Source: Opitutales bacterium (lineage in GTDB: Bacteria > Verrucomicrobiota > Verrucomicrobiia > Opitutales > UBA2987). From it: 64,000 bases of DNA. The notes under the pieces are model-generated. The model was not told the DNA's origin. It saw only the letters and a program-made list of their open reading frames with translations, and did no database searches. Location of the stretch: contig CBDDEL010000014.1 of assembly GCA_965226885.1 (NCBI GenBank), positions 192,001-256,000 of the forward strand, written 5' to 3'. Every line of letters starts with the position of its first letter. Position 1 is the first letter of the stretch. This document shows, in pieces, positions 1-10,714 of this stretch. The position numbers and the translations under genes are program-made.

Positions 1-2921
1 GCCGTCGTCAATAATGGTCAGTTCCAGTCGATTTCCATTCAATTCAGCCCTTAATTCAATGTCGTGGCTCAACTCGTCTTTGTAGGCATAAGTCATGATG
101 TTGCTCAGCAATTCGTCGATGACGACATCGATCGATCTTGCCATGGATAATGAAATTGCATTTTGCTCGGCGAATTGATTGAAGCGTGATTTCAGGTTTT
201 CCAACTCGGATAAGCGGTTTTTCAGGTTAACGCTGAAATGTGGCAAAACCGTCTCTACCTCGCTTCCGAGATACTCCAGACCCAGAACCGTAATATCGTC
301 GGATTGAATCGCTTGTTCCTCGAATTTGTTTACCTCTGCAACGATCTCCGTTACGGTATCTTCAACCGAGAGGGAGGGTTTTTCCACAAGTGAACTGATC
401 AATCTCTGTTCGGTATAAAGTTCATCGTTATGATCCATGGCCTCCGTTACGCCGTCCGTGTAAAGGAAAAGCAAGTCGTGTTTGCCGAGCTTTAAATTCG
501 ATTCGCCGTAGGCCATACCCTCGACCGCTCCAACCACAGGGCCATGAAGCTCATCGATGCGTTCGATGGCGCCGTTGGCACGCCTCAAGGCGGGAGGGTT
601 GTGGCCCGCGTTGGTGTAGGTGACTTTCCCCGAATCGACCTCCAGGATGCCCACGAAGAGGGTAACGAACATGCAGGTTTTATTATCCTGGCTGAGCGCT
701 TCATTGACATGGGTTAGGATGCTCGCGGTCGAGTGAACATCATGCGCCCAGGACTGAATGAGGGTTTTCGTCATGGCCATAAAGAGGGCGGCGGGAACGC
801 CTTTACCGGAAACATCGCCGATGCAGAAACAGATTTTGTTATCGTTGAGAAAGTAGAAATCGCAAAAATCTCCCGCTACTTCGTTGGCCGGCTGCAGCAT
901 GGCGTAAATGGAGAACTCATCGCGGTCCGGAAAGGCGGGAAAAGTCCGCGGAATCATGCTCATCTGAATTTCTCTGCCGATGTTCAACTCTTCCTCCATG
1001 CGGTCCTTGCTTTCCTTGATGATTCCGTAGGCATCGTTCAATTTAGCGTTGGCGGTGGCGATTTTGATACGGCCTCTGATAAACATGCCCGTCAACCCGA
1101 GGATCAGGATTATGGCCAGACTGTTTCCGAATCTGGCTTGCCGGCGATACCCGCGCATCAATTCGTGGGCTTCGGTCGCCTCCATCTCGGTTGCCAGGCC
1201 GAACCCAAAACGCTCATTCCAGGTCCAGGTACCGATCACCGGAATTCCCCGATAGTTGTTATAGCTGTCGAGATTGGTGCCGTTGCTTCCCGCGATGGCT
1301 CTGTGGGCCATTTGCGTGAGAGGCCATGCGCTTTTATCTTGAGTGGGCTTAAACCCGTCCGCCAAGCTGCCTCCCGGATCACGGATTTCGATGTTGAGGA
1401 TTTCCGATTCGTCTTCACCAAGATAGCCGCTCTGACGCATAACTTCGTCGAAACGGCAATCGCTGAGGAGTTGTCCCGATTGATTGAAGGCGTAACTTTC
1501 TCCGGTTTCGCCGATGCGGCCACGCTGCAGGATGGAGGTCAGTTCACGCTCGGGCGAGACCCTGAATACGAGGACACCGATATTTCGGCCCTCGTCGTTT
1601 TGAATGGCCGCCCCCGCCAGGATTTCCCTGGAAAATGGATTTTCAATCCCGTTATTTTCATTTCCGGATTCATTCCCTGGGATGGATATGAAAGTGAAGA
1701 GGGGTGGCTTCGTAACCTGAGTAAGAAAACCGCTCGGCAGGAAGCCGGAAATATCCTTGCCCATGAGCGCATCCTCGTCACTGGAGAGGACTTTGCCATC
1801 CGGGGTTAAAAGCAGGTAGCCTTCATTGGAAAGAATAGGATTCAATAGGGCGTAGACCGGCTCGAAACCCGCCGCATGGCTTCTGGTTTGCAGCCAAGTT
1901 TTCAGGACGGGAGTGGCCGCCCATATCCGCATTTCCGATTCCAGATTCTGAAACCAATTTTCCAATGTAATTATGGAGTTGCGCATTACGGCTTGCAGCG
2001 TATTTCCGGTTTCCCGCCGCATATTGTCCATGTGATGCGTTTTCGTCCACCATGTGGTGCTCTGGATGGCCAGACAGGCGATGACGCCGTCCAAAGTGCC
2101 GATGGTAACGATTTTCCCCCGTCGAGGCCGGCTGTTTCCACTGTCAGGCCGTCCTCGGACGGAAGGGAAGATAATCGACGCTGGATTACGAGCAGAGAGA
2201 TTAAAATGAGCGCTACCGAAATGCTCATAATGGCCACGGCAACGGTGTTCAGTCTTTGGCCCCGTTTTTGCAGCCTGGAAACTTCCGCCGCCGTCCGTCT
2301 GTCGATATTAACCAGGAATTCCTCGATGGGTCCCATGATTTCAGCTTTGGCCGCCAGGTAATCGGCGGAATGCATAAGTTTGCGAGCGAGGTCCTGATCG
2401 GGTGCGCTTTTTATGGTATAATGGCCGTCTGCATCTGCAAAAATGCCGAGCATGGCATTCATGGCCCGCTCCTCAAATTCGATCAGGGTGTCGGAACGTA
2501 TCTTGGATTGATGCAGCAACTCAAAATCGTCTTTCGTGAAATGCATGGCCCGCATGAGAGATTCCAATGCCACGGGCGCCCCAGGCGGATGTGGATCTTT
2601 TCCGGTTGCGGCTACAAAATCCCAATAGATTCTGTCATAGTGAACCGGGCGTGGCGCCTCGCCGTCGCGAATGGCCCTGATTTTTTCGAAATAGTCTCTA
2701 AATCTGGGGTCGGCTGTATTAACGTAGAGCCGGGCCATTTGGGTTAAATCATCAGAGCTTTGGCGCAGTTCGTCGGCCAGTTTGTAGGAATTGTAGCGGC
2801 GTATTTCAGCCGGCCCGATCTCCTTCTGGCTTTGCACCGTGAGCCTTACGACATAAAGAGCCCCTCCGACCATCGCGAGGAGGGCCAGGAAGATCAACAT
2901 GAGGCCTAATCTCAGGGTCAT
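1..2921 (-). pseudogene. Membrane sensor PP2C/SpoIIE (RsbU-like) phosphatase with Cache-type sensor and C-terminal RsbW-like HATPase; frameshifted near 2075-2120, runs off the window edge
   Basis: ORF 2921-1986 gives TM-periplasmic-TM. The -1 frame, read by hand from about 2115 to 1, continues with LQRGRIGETGESYAFN (Cache-like), a TM, EEELNIGREIQMSM, GDVSGKGVPAALFM, YTNAGHNPP, LYTDGVTEA, SDDIT (SpoIIE) and DELLSNIMTYAY...IIDDG (anti-sigma kinase). Confidence 0.85.
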
Positions 2922-3175
2922 ATTTTCTCAGAATATACCAAGATTGTAATTGCTAAAATCGGTTTCATGGTTGTAATAGCTTCTGAATCCGATAAAGACT
3001 TTTGTTTTGATGAAAGCGAGTCGAATCGAACATTGAATAGATATAGTTACCGGCCAAACGTTATAATTAAGATTAGGAGAGAGGCAATCTAACGATTTAT
3101 GAAAATTACTAGCTCCACGGTGGAATCCATTTCGGTTTTGCGATTCGAGGGGAATCTCGATATGAATACGGCTAA

Positions 3176-4742
3176 CCCGGATATTTCGTAAAAAAAGTAT
3201 CGTTGATATGCTTAACTGCTGATATACAGCAGGATAGATCAATAATTAAAGCAATATCAGCGATGACAAAAGGTAAACAATTAAAGCTACAGTTGACAAG
3301 GGTAAAAGGCCGCCGTGTGCGGGTTGATTTCAAGGGCGGAGAGGTTACTTCGGATGCCGGACTGCTTTTGATCCGGGAAGTGGATCGGCAGTTGGGCTTG
3401 ACCGAACGAGCGGCCCGACAGTTAGTGGACAAACGGCAGAAGGGCAAAGTACGCCATGAGGTATTGGGGATGCTGCGGCAGCGCGTTTACGGGCTGGTGG
3501 CGGGCTATGAGGATTTGAACGACTTTGATACCCTGCGCCACGATCCATTGTTGCAAACGGTAACGGGGCGCATTGAAACGTTGGCCAGCGCGCCGACTTT
3601 GTGTCGTTTTGAAAACGGGCAGGATCGGCGGGCGGCCTTTGCGGTAAACGAGCTGTTGGTCGAACAGTTCATGGGCTCCTTTGCCGAGGAACCCGAAGAG
3701 ATCATCCTGGACTTTGACGCCACCGACAATCCGGTGCACGGGCTCCAGGAGGGACGTTTTTTCCACGGTTATTATGATCATTACTGTTTTCTGCCGCTAT
3801 ATGTTTTTTGCGGTGATCAGCTGCTGGTGGCCTACCTGCGGCCGAGCAAGATCGATGCCAGCAAGCATGCCGGGGCCATCCTCAAATTGCTGGTTAAACG
3901 GATTCGCCAAAGCTGGCCCCGTACGCGGATTATTTGGCGCGCCGACAGTGGATTTTGTCGAGACCGGATACTCTCTTGGTGCGACCGCAACGAAGTTAGT
4001 TACATCGTGGGGATGGCTCGCAATGCACGCTTGCAGCAAGACGCCCAGCAGTTGCAAAAGCAGGCCAAAGAATGGTTCGAACTAAGGGGTAAAAAACAAC
4101 GGTTATTCCAGGACTTCGTCTATGCTGCCGATTCGTGGCGATGGCTGCGGTTGGTCATCCATAAAGCCGAACACACCGCACAGGGGTCCAACCCGCGCTT
4201 CGTGGTGACGAACCTGCCGGGCGATCCCCAGGAGCTTTACGACAAGGTATACTGTGGCCGCGGTGAAATGGAGAACCGAATCAAGGAACAGATGCAATTG
4301 TTCAGCGAGCGCACCAGCGCCCATCAATGGTGGGCCAATCAGTGGCGATTGCTCTTGTCGGCGCTGGCCTACACCTTGATGGAAGCCATGCGCCGGTTAG
4401 CCTTAAAAGGGACGAAGTGGGCGCGGGCCCAATGCCACACCCTGCGGCTCAAATTAATCAAGATCGGAGCGGTCATCGTGCGCAACACCCGAACGATTCA
4501 CTTTCACCTAAGTGAGAGTTATCCTTGGGCCAGTCTTTTCAACCATGCGGCCCGCCGATTGGTGCCAACCTAAAGGGTGCATTGGTGCTGCCCCCGGCAC
4601 TACCGAACCAATGGGGGAAAGGGGGCAGTGTCTCTACACCCTGAAAAACACCTAAAAATCAAGACGATCTGCTCAAAATACAAAGAAATCCATCTCCAAT
4701 AGCAATAACGAGCCAAACTTTACCCTTCATGAAATATCCGGG
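3176..4742 (+). mobile_element. IS1380-family element, copy 1 (1567 bp, intact)
   Basis: Terminal IRs CCCGGATATTTC...GAAATATCCGGG; 4-bp target duplication CTAA at 3172-3175 and 4743-4746. Confidence 0.95.
3263..4573 (+). CDS. IS1380-family DDE transposase
   Basis: Motifs FKGGEVTSDAGLLL, GYEDLND, ILDFDATD, RADSGF, YCGRGEMENRIKE. Start taken at ATG 3263. Confidence 0.93.
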   Translation: MTKGKQLKLQLTRVKGRRVRVDFKGGEVTSDAGLLLIREVDRQLGLTERAARQLVDKRQKGKVRHEVLGMLRQRVYGLVAGYEDLNDFDTLRHDPLLQTVTGRIETLASAPTLCRFENGQDRRAAFAVNELLVEQFMGSFAEEPEEIILDFDATDNPVHGLQEGRFFHGYYDHYCFLPLYVFCGDQLLVAYLRPSKIDASKHAGAILKLLVKRIRQSWPRTRIIWRADSGFCRDRILSWCDRNEVSYIVGMARNARLQQDAQQLQKQAKEWFELRGKKQRLFQDFVYAADSWRWLRLVIHKAEHTAQGSNPRFVVTNLPGDPQELYDKVYCGRGEMENRIKEQMQLFSERTSAHQWWANQWRLLLSALAYTLMEAMRRLALKGTKWARAQCHTLRLKLIKIGAVIVRNTRTIHFHLSESYPWASLFNHAARRLVPT

Positions 4743-6029
4743 CTAAAGGCGCTCAGGAGAGTGCGGACAAGGTAATTGATGGCGGGGCGTTAAAGATAAT
4801 TATCAATTTTGACAAAGTTAATTTCGTGAGCAGTGCCGGGCTGAGGGTCTTGCTCTACACGGCCAAAAGAATGAAACATGCCGAGGGCGAATTGCGCATC
4901 TGCGGGTTGAATGATTCCGTGCAGGAAATTTACAAAATTACCGGTTTTGATAAAATATTTAATGTTCTCACCGACGAAATAGAAGCGCTGGCCAGTTTTT
5001 GATTTTTCGGTGTAGGCTCCATAGGAATTTTCCCCTTGACGGCTGGAATTTTTTGTTATTGCCCGTTACTATCAGTAGACCGTTTGCTGTGACGGTATAA
5101 TCAAAACCTCATCGCAATTTATACATTCTTTTATTTTCATTTGTAATGAACGGACTGTTTGCATGACAGTTCCGTGTTCCGATCGGGGTGAAAATTCAAG
5201 GAAAATCTCCACATACACCTTGCCCCCGGAACATCGTGAGCGGATCTCCAGGATTTGTTGGAAATCATCGAAATGAAGGGCCAGTTGACGAAGAATGAGC
5301 AATTGCGCCCGCTCTTCGATCGCACAATCGAGCAAGTCGCGCACGGAAAACCGAAACATCTTAGAGGCGCTGACAACAATGGTAAGCGCAATGACCATAG
5401 CTACCATCGGATCCACATAGCCGACCCAGGAATAATTGGGGAAAAAATAGGAGGCGCTGAGAGATCCGAACATGAGCACATTGGACCATAGCTTGACAGT
5501 GTATAAACGGCGCTGAGCAGTGACCAAAGCGGACTTTATCCGTTTTTCAATCCTCAGGGTTTTGACCAGCAGATTTCTGTTGATAAATCCTAAAATCAGG
5601 TGGACAGCCAAGCCGAAGCTTATTCCCATACCCTGTATGGGAATGGGATCGATCAACCGCAGCAGACCCGCCCCTGATATGCAGAGGAAGGAAACGCCCA
5701 TCAAGATAGACATGATCAGGCCGATAAGGCTCTCAATTTTCCCAAAACCGTAATTAAAGGAGTCCGACTTCTCCATTACGGTTTTTTTTGAACCCCACCA
5801 GGCAATAAACACTGCCAGTAAATCAAGCGACGATGCGATGACGCGAGCCCAGAGAGCAATGGAGTTGGCCGTCAGTGCGATGAAGAGGCCCAGCAAAAAT
5901 CCGACGATACCGGTTAAGAGCCCAAAGGCCGCGACGGAGGCACCGGTTTCGTTTTCTATCTTGCTGGATGAGGTATGATGTGCACTGGAAAAAGTGGACA
6001 CGAGATTCTCCTAAATGGAGAATCGAAGC

Positions 6030-6323
6030 ATGGGAAGAAGACGCAGTATAGAGTTCAAAAATGAGGCAGTTCAACTGATGATACTCGATGGTCTGAGCGC
6101 CACCGAGGTATCGACCAAACTTGGGGTCAACACCAACCAATTGTATAGGTGGAAGAGGCTCTATCTGGACGATCAGCAGGGCGAAGCCACCTCAAAGCGA
6201 CAGAGCAGTCCGAAGGAGATGGCGGCCGAGATAGATCGTCTTCGCAAAGAGCTGCGCCGCTCGGAGCGGATCAACCAGATACTAAAAAAAACGGTGGGCT
6301 ACTTTGCCAAGGACGAACAATGA
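6030..6323 (+). CDS. IS3 transposase OrfA (HTH)
   Basis: RRRSIEFKNEAV...LGVNTNQLYRW...ILKKTVGYFAK; an A8 run near the end is a probable -1 frameshift site. Confidence 0.9.
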   Translation: MGRRRSIEFKNEAVQLMILDGLSATEVSTKLGVNTNQLYRWKRLYLDDQQGEATSKRQSSPKEMAAEIDRLRKELRRSERINQILKKTVGYFAKDEQ

Positions 6324-7237
6324 AGTACCAGTTTGTCAAAGACAACGAGGGGCGCTTCAAGATCGAGGAAATATGCTCGGCGATGGGGATTTGTCGCAGT
6401 GGCTATTACTGCTGGAGGCACCGAGCGCCCTCGGCCCGGCGGATCGAGGACGAGGGAATCAAGGGGGCGATCCTGAAGGTACACAAAGAGGCCAAGGGCC
6501 GCTATGGGCATCGGCCAATGCACCGCCATCTGAAGGATGATGAGGGCATCGATTGCGGCCGTGACCGGGCTCTGCGTCTGATGCGTGAAATGGGAATCAA
6601 AAGCACCCAGAGTAAACGCTTTAAGCCATTAAAAACCAACAGTAACCATCCCTATGGTTACAGCCCCAATGTGCTTAAAAAGCATGGCCAGCCGACCCAT
6701 ATCGACGAGGTCTGGGTGGCGGACACGACCTACCTACGGACCCTGGCCGGTTGGATGTACTTGGCCACGGTGATGGACCTGTTCAGCCGACGCCTGCTGG
6801 GCTGGAGCGTTTCCAACCACAACGACGCGAAGCTGGTTGGCAAGGCCCTCAAAGCCGCGGCCATGACCCGCGGCACACTGCGCACCGGGATTATTCATCA
6901 CAGCGATCGGGGCAGCCCCTACGCCAGCGACGACTATCAGAGGCTGGTCTCTGAACTAGGCATGAAGCCGAGCATGAGCGCCCAAGGCAACTGCTACGAC
7001 AACGCGGCCATGGAATCGTTCTACGGCCGCTTCAAGACCAGCACGATTCGAGGCCGCCACTTTGCCGACGAGCGCGAACTGCGATCAACTGTCTTCGAAT
7101 ACGTGGAAATCTTCTACAACCGATATCGCAAACATTCCTCTCTGAGTTACCAAAGCCCAGTCCAATTCGAGGAAAATATTTGCCCCCCATGGGGGGCAAC
7201 GAGAAAACAAAACCCTTTACCAAAACAAGCCGCCTGA
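6320..7237 (+). CDS. IS3 transposase OrfB (rve/DDE)
   Basis: WVADTTY, HHSDRGSPY, GNCYDNAAMESF, YNRYRKHSSL; ATGA overlap with orfA. Confidence 0.92.
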   Translation: MKYQFVKDNEGRFKIEEICSAMGICRSGYYCWRHRAPSARRIEDEGIKGAILKVHKEAKGRYGHRPMHRHLKDDEGIDCGRDRALRLMREMGIKSTQSKRFKPLKTNSNHPYGYSPNVLKKHGQPTHIDEVWVADTTYLRTLAGWMYLATVMDLFSRRLLGWSVSNHNDAKLVGKALKAAAMTRGTLRTGIIHHSDRGSPYASDDYQRLVSELGMKPSMSAQGNCYDNAAMESFYGRFKTSTIRGRHFADERELRSTVFEYVEIFYNRYRKHSSLSYQSPVQFEENICPPWGATRKQNPLPKQAA

Positions 7238-7325
7238 CACACTAATCAATAAACAATGAATATAAGAGAATCCCGTGTCCAACAAATCCAGTACACGTCA
7301 GTATGAGGGTCGTCTGCCTTTGCCA

Positions 7326-8290
7326 TTAATTCAAAAGAGTGTTCGAAGGCAGCGACGGAATGATGAGAACCTCATCGCAATGGATACGTTCCGATATTTT
7401 TTCTTGCAAGGACTGGATAGTCCCCAGCACCGCGCCGTGTTTTAAATGGGGAGAAAATTCCAGGAATATTTCCACATACACCTTACCACCGGAACATCGT
7501 GACCGTATCTCGAGAATTTGTTGGAAATCATCGAAATGAAGGGCCAATTCACGAAGAATGAGCAATTGTGCCCGCTCTTCGATCGCATAACCGAGCAAGT
7601 CTCGCACGGAATACCTAAACATCTTCGAGGCGCTGACAACGAGGCTGAGGCGCTGACAACGAGGCTTAAAGCTATCAAAACAGCGGTTATGGGATCGGAG
7701 TAAACGGCCCAGGCATAATCGCGTAAAAAATAGGATACACAAAGGGAGCTGAAGAGCAGCACATTGGCTCCGACCTTGATGGCATAAAGGCGGCGCTGTG
7801 CCGTCACCAAAGCGGTTTTTTCACTCCTTTCGAGCTTCAGGCTGGCTATCAACAATCTGCCATTAATGATTCCGAAGATGAGATGTATAGGTATGCCGAC
7901 CATTACTCCGAGGCCACTAATGGCTACCGGATCCTGAAATCGTATAATGGACGCCCCCGATATACAGAAAAAGGAAACCACCATGAGGGCCGCCATGGCC
8001 ATGCTGGTTAAGCTCTCGAACCGGCCGAAACCGTAATTAAAAATCTCCGTCTTACCCCTCTCGGTTTTCCTTAAACCCCACCAGGCGATAAACACCGCCA
8101 GGAAGTCAAGCAGCGTGGCGGTCGCGTCTGCCCACAGCGCGATTGAATTGGCTGTGATGGCCAGGAAAAAGCTCAGCAAGACCCCAAATACTCCCGATAC
8201 CACCCCCGATGCCGCTACCGAAGACCTTCCTTTGGAAGCGTTTTTCTTGTTGTTGGAAACGACGTGGTGTTTCTCCTGCTTCTCAGTCAT
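7326..8290 (-). pseudogene. CDF family transporter A, frameshifted by a 20-bp tandem duplication
   Basis: ORF 8290-7442 and ORF 7742-7326 join into a 314-aa CDF (FNYGFGRFESL, YSDP, ASKMFRYSVRDLL) once one copy of 7627-7646 is removed. Paralog of CDF B, with a TAATG stop/start overlap. Confidence 0.9.
7627..7666. repeat. Perfect 20-bp tandem duplication GAGGCGCTGACAACGAGGCT x2
   Basis: Read directly from the sequence. Confidence 0.97.
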
Positions 8291-8460
8291 TTATAAATTC
8301 ACAGCCAAATAGTTTCAAAACGGTTTAAATAAATAATGATTGATAACCTGGTGGAAATCACAAGCGCAATGACCAATGGCTATTACAGCTTGGCAGAGGG
8401 CTGGTTTTCTGGTTTATAAATGCGCTTTTCCCGCTTAACCATTTAGGAGCAAGCAGTTTC

Positions 8461-10689
8461 GTGATTATAGACCAAGCCGAACTTGAATCCCTCATTAAAG
8501 CCGAGCATGGGCATCCCCACAGCCTTCTCGGGATGCATCCTTGCTCCCACAAAGGGAAGAAAAAGCTGGTCGTGCGGGCCTTGATCCGGGACGCCGCCAG
8601 TTGTGAGGTCATCGATTATCAAAGCGTGTCGGAGAAACGCTATGTTTTGCGGAAAATTTCTCCCGAAGGTTTTTTTGAAGGCTTTATTGATGGTCGAAGC
8701 AAAGTTTTCCCCTATCGATTGCGAATCGAACGGTACAATAGTGAAATCCGGCAATTTTACGATCCCTACGGCTTCCTGCCCAGCCTGAGCGAGGAGGACA
8801 CCTACCTCTTCAACGAAGGCAATGAACACCGGATTTATCAAAAACTGGGCGCTCATTTACGGGAGATGGAAGGCGTCAACGGGGTTTCTTTTGCCGTTTG
8901 GGCACCCAATGCCAAGCGCGTTTCGGTGGTGGGAAATTTTAATAATTGGGATGGCCGCTACCATCCCATGCGACCACTGGGCAATAGCGGCATTTGGGAA
9001 ATTTTCATTCCCGGTCTGGTCGAGGGGCAAAAATATAAATTCGAGATTTTGGGGCCCGACGGATACGTTCGCCTAAAAGTCGATCCATTCGGAACATTCT
9101 TCGAGGCGCCGCCGCACAACGCATCCATTATCCACGATGTCGGCAGCGCCGGATGGAGCGATGCCGAGTGGCTGCAAGCGCGGGCCAGCACCGATTGGAC
9201 AAAGAAGCCCATCAGTATTTACGAGATGCATCCCGGTTCCTGGAAAAGGGTGGTGGAGGATGGCAACCGGCCCTTGAGTTACCTGGAACTGGCCGACGAA
9301 CTGGTCGCTTATCTCAAACCAATGGGCTATACCCATGTTGAGTTTCTGCCACTGTCCGAGCACCCATTCGACGGTTCCTGGGGCTATCAGGTGACCGGGT
9401 TTTTCGCTCCGACCCACCGCTTCGGCAACCCGCAAGACTTCATCTCCCTGGTCAATACCCTGCATGAGAATGGCATCGGCGTGATTCTAGATTGGGTGCC
9501 GGGGCACTTCCCGGTGGACCAATTCGCCTTGGCCGAGTTTGATGGCACGCAACTATTTGAACATGCCGACCCGCGTCAGGGCGTTCATCACGAGTGGGGA
9601 ACTCTGGTGTTCAACTATGGACGCCATGAGGTGCGTGGTTTCCTCATCGCCAGCGCTTTGGCCTGGTTCGACCGCTACCACATCGACGGGCTCCGGGTCG
9701 ATGCCGTCGCTTCCATGCTCTATCTCGACTACTCGCGGGAAGAAGGGGAATGGATACCCAATCAATACGGGGGCCGTGAGAATATCGAGGCCATCCGATT
9801 TCTGCGCAAAACCAACGAACTGGCGCATCAGTATTATCCCGGCGTTCTCATGATTGCCGAGGAGTCCACCGCCTGGCCGGGAGTGACCCGGCCGGCCTCC
9901 GAGGAAGGGCTGGGGTTCGATTTGAAGTGGAATATGGGCTGGATGAATGACACCTGCGAATATTTCTCGAAAGATCCCGTTCATCGCAAATGGCACCAGC
10001 ACAACCTGACTTTCGGCATGGTTTATCAGTTCAGTGAAAATTTCGTGCAGGTTTTTTCCCATGACGAAGTGGTGCACGGAAAAGGCTCCATGATGTTGAA
10101 AATGGGGGCTCCCTCGATGACCGGAAAAGCCAATAATTTGCGGGCCCTTTATGCATTGATGTGGGCTTGGCCGGGCAAAAAAACCCTCTTTATGGGAAAT
10201 GATTTCGGGCAGTCCGCCGAATGGCGCTATGACGGCAGCCTGGATTGGCATTTGCTGCAATACAAGGACCATGAAGGGGTGCAATTAATCGTGCGCGACT
10301 TGAACGCCCTTTACCGTTCCTCGCCGGTATTGTATGAAACCGATAACGAGCCCGGCGGTTTTGCCTGGATCTCTCACGAAGACACGGAGAGTTCCGTCAT
10401 TTCATTCCTGCGCCTCAATGATAAGCCGGAAGACACCCTGGCCGTGATCGGCCATTTCACTCCCGTTGAGCGCTCTCTTTACCGCATTGGAGTTCCCTGG
10501 CCAGGGTTTTGGAGAGAAGTCATCAATTCCGACTCGAAAGCTTATGGCGGGTGCGGGGCCGGCAATCTGGGCGGCCTGCATACCGATGACATTCCGTTCC
10601 ATGGCCAACCCTATTCGCTGGAGCTGCTGCTGCCCGGCGACAGCACCCTGATTTTCAAGTTCGAGGGCGAAAAAAATAAAACCGGATAA
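8461..10689 (+). CDS. glgB: 1,4-alpha-glucan branching enzyme
   Basis: FAVWAPNA, SWGYQVTGFFAP, DGLRVDAVASMLY, IAEEST, SHDEVVHGK. Confidence 0.97.
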   Translation: MIIDQAELESLIKAEHGHPHSLLGMHPCSHKGKKKLVVRALIRDAASCEVIDYQSVSEKRYVLRKISPEGFFEGFIDGRSKVFPYRLRIERYNSEIRQFYDPYGFLPSLSEEDTYLFNEGNEHRIYQKLGAHLREMEGVNGVSFAVWAPNAKRVSVVGNFNNWDGRYHPMRPLGNSGIWEIFIPGLVEGQKYKFEILGPDGYVRLKVDPFGTFFEAPPHNASIIHDVGSAGWSDAEWLQARASTDWTKKPISIYEMHPGSWKRVVEDGNRPLSYLELADELVAYLKPMGYTHVEFLPLSEHPFDGSWGYQVTGFFAPTHRFGNPQDFISLVNTLHENGIGVILDWVPGHFPVDQFALAEFDGTQLFEHADPRQGVHHEWGTLVFNYGRHEVRGFLIASALAWFDRYHIDGLRVDAVASMLYLDYSREEGEWIPNQYGGRENIEAIRFLRKTNELAHQYYPGVLMIAEESTAWPGVTRPASEEGLGFDLKWNMGWMNDTCEYFSKDPVHRKWHQHNLTFGMVYQFSENFVQVFSHDEVVHGKGSMMLKMGAPSMTGKANNLRALYALMWAWPGKKTLFMGNDFGQSAEWRYDGSLDWHLLQYKDHEGVQLIVRDLNALYRSSPVLYETDNEPGGFAWISHEDTESSVISFLRLNDKPEDTLAVIGHFTPVERSLYRIGVPWPGFWREVINSDSKAYGGCGAGNLGGLHTDDIPFHGQPYSLELLLPGDSTLIFKFEGEKNKTG

Positions 10690-10714
10690 AGAAGCTTAAC
10701 CAGTCCACAAAGTC

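Larger units (their letters stand above)
3099..5002 (+). pseudogene. STAS anti-sigma-factor antagonist (RsbV/SpoIIAA-like), interrupted by IS1380
   Basis: Removing 3176-4742 and one CTAA copy restores a 110-aa ORF MKITSSTVESISVLRFEGNLDMNTAKGAQE...KVNFVSSAGLRVLL...ITGFDKIF...ALASF*. Confidence 0.92.
5976..7300 (+). mobile_element. IS3-family element (1325 bp)
   Basis: Imperfect IRs TGATGTGCACTGGAAAAAGTGGACACGAGATTCTC and TGACGTGTACTGGATTTGTTGGACACGGGATTCTC; TG...CA ends; 3-bp TSD GTA at 5973-5975 and 7301-7303. Confidence 0.95.
5072..7326 (-). pseudogene. Cation diffusion facilitator (CDF) family transporter B, interrupted by IS3 in codon 9
   Basis: Native ATG at 7326 (MAKADDPH) joins TSSSKIENETG after removing 5976-7300 plus GTA, giving 308 aa. 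CDF motifs FNYGFGKIESL, YVDP and a C-terminal dimerisation domain (IRSRCSGGKVYVEIFLEF). Confidence 0.88.

Noticed and set aside
733..1809. 358-aa plus-strand ORF
   Set aside because: Antisense shadow of the minus-strand SpoIIE gene, which carries the recognisable motifs.
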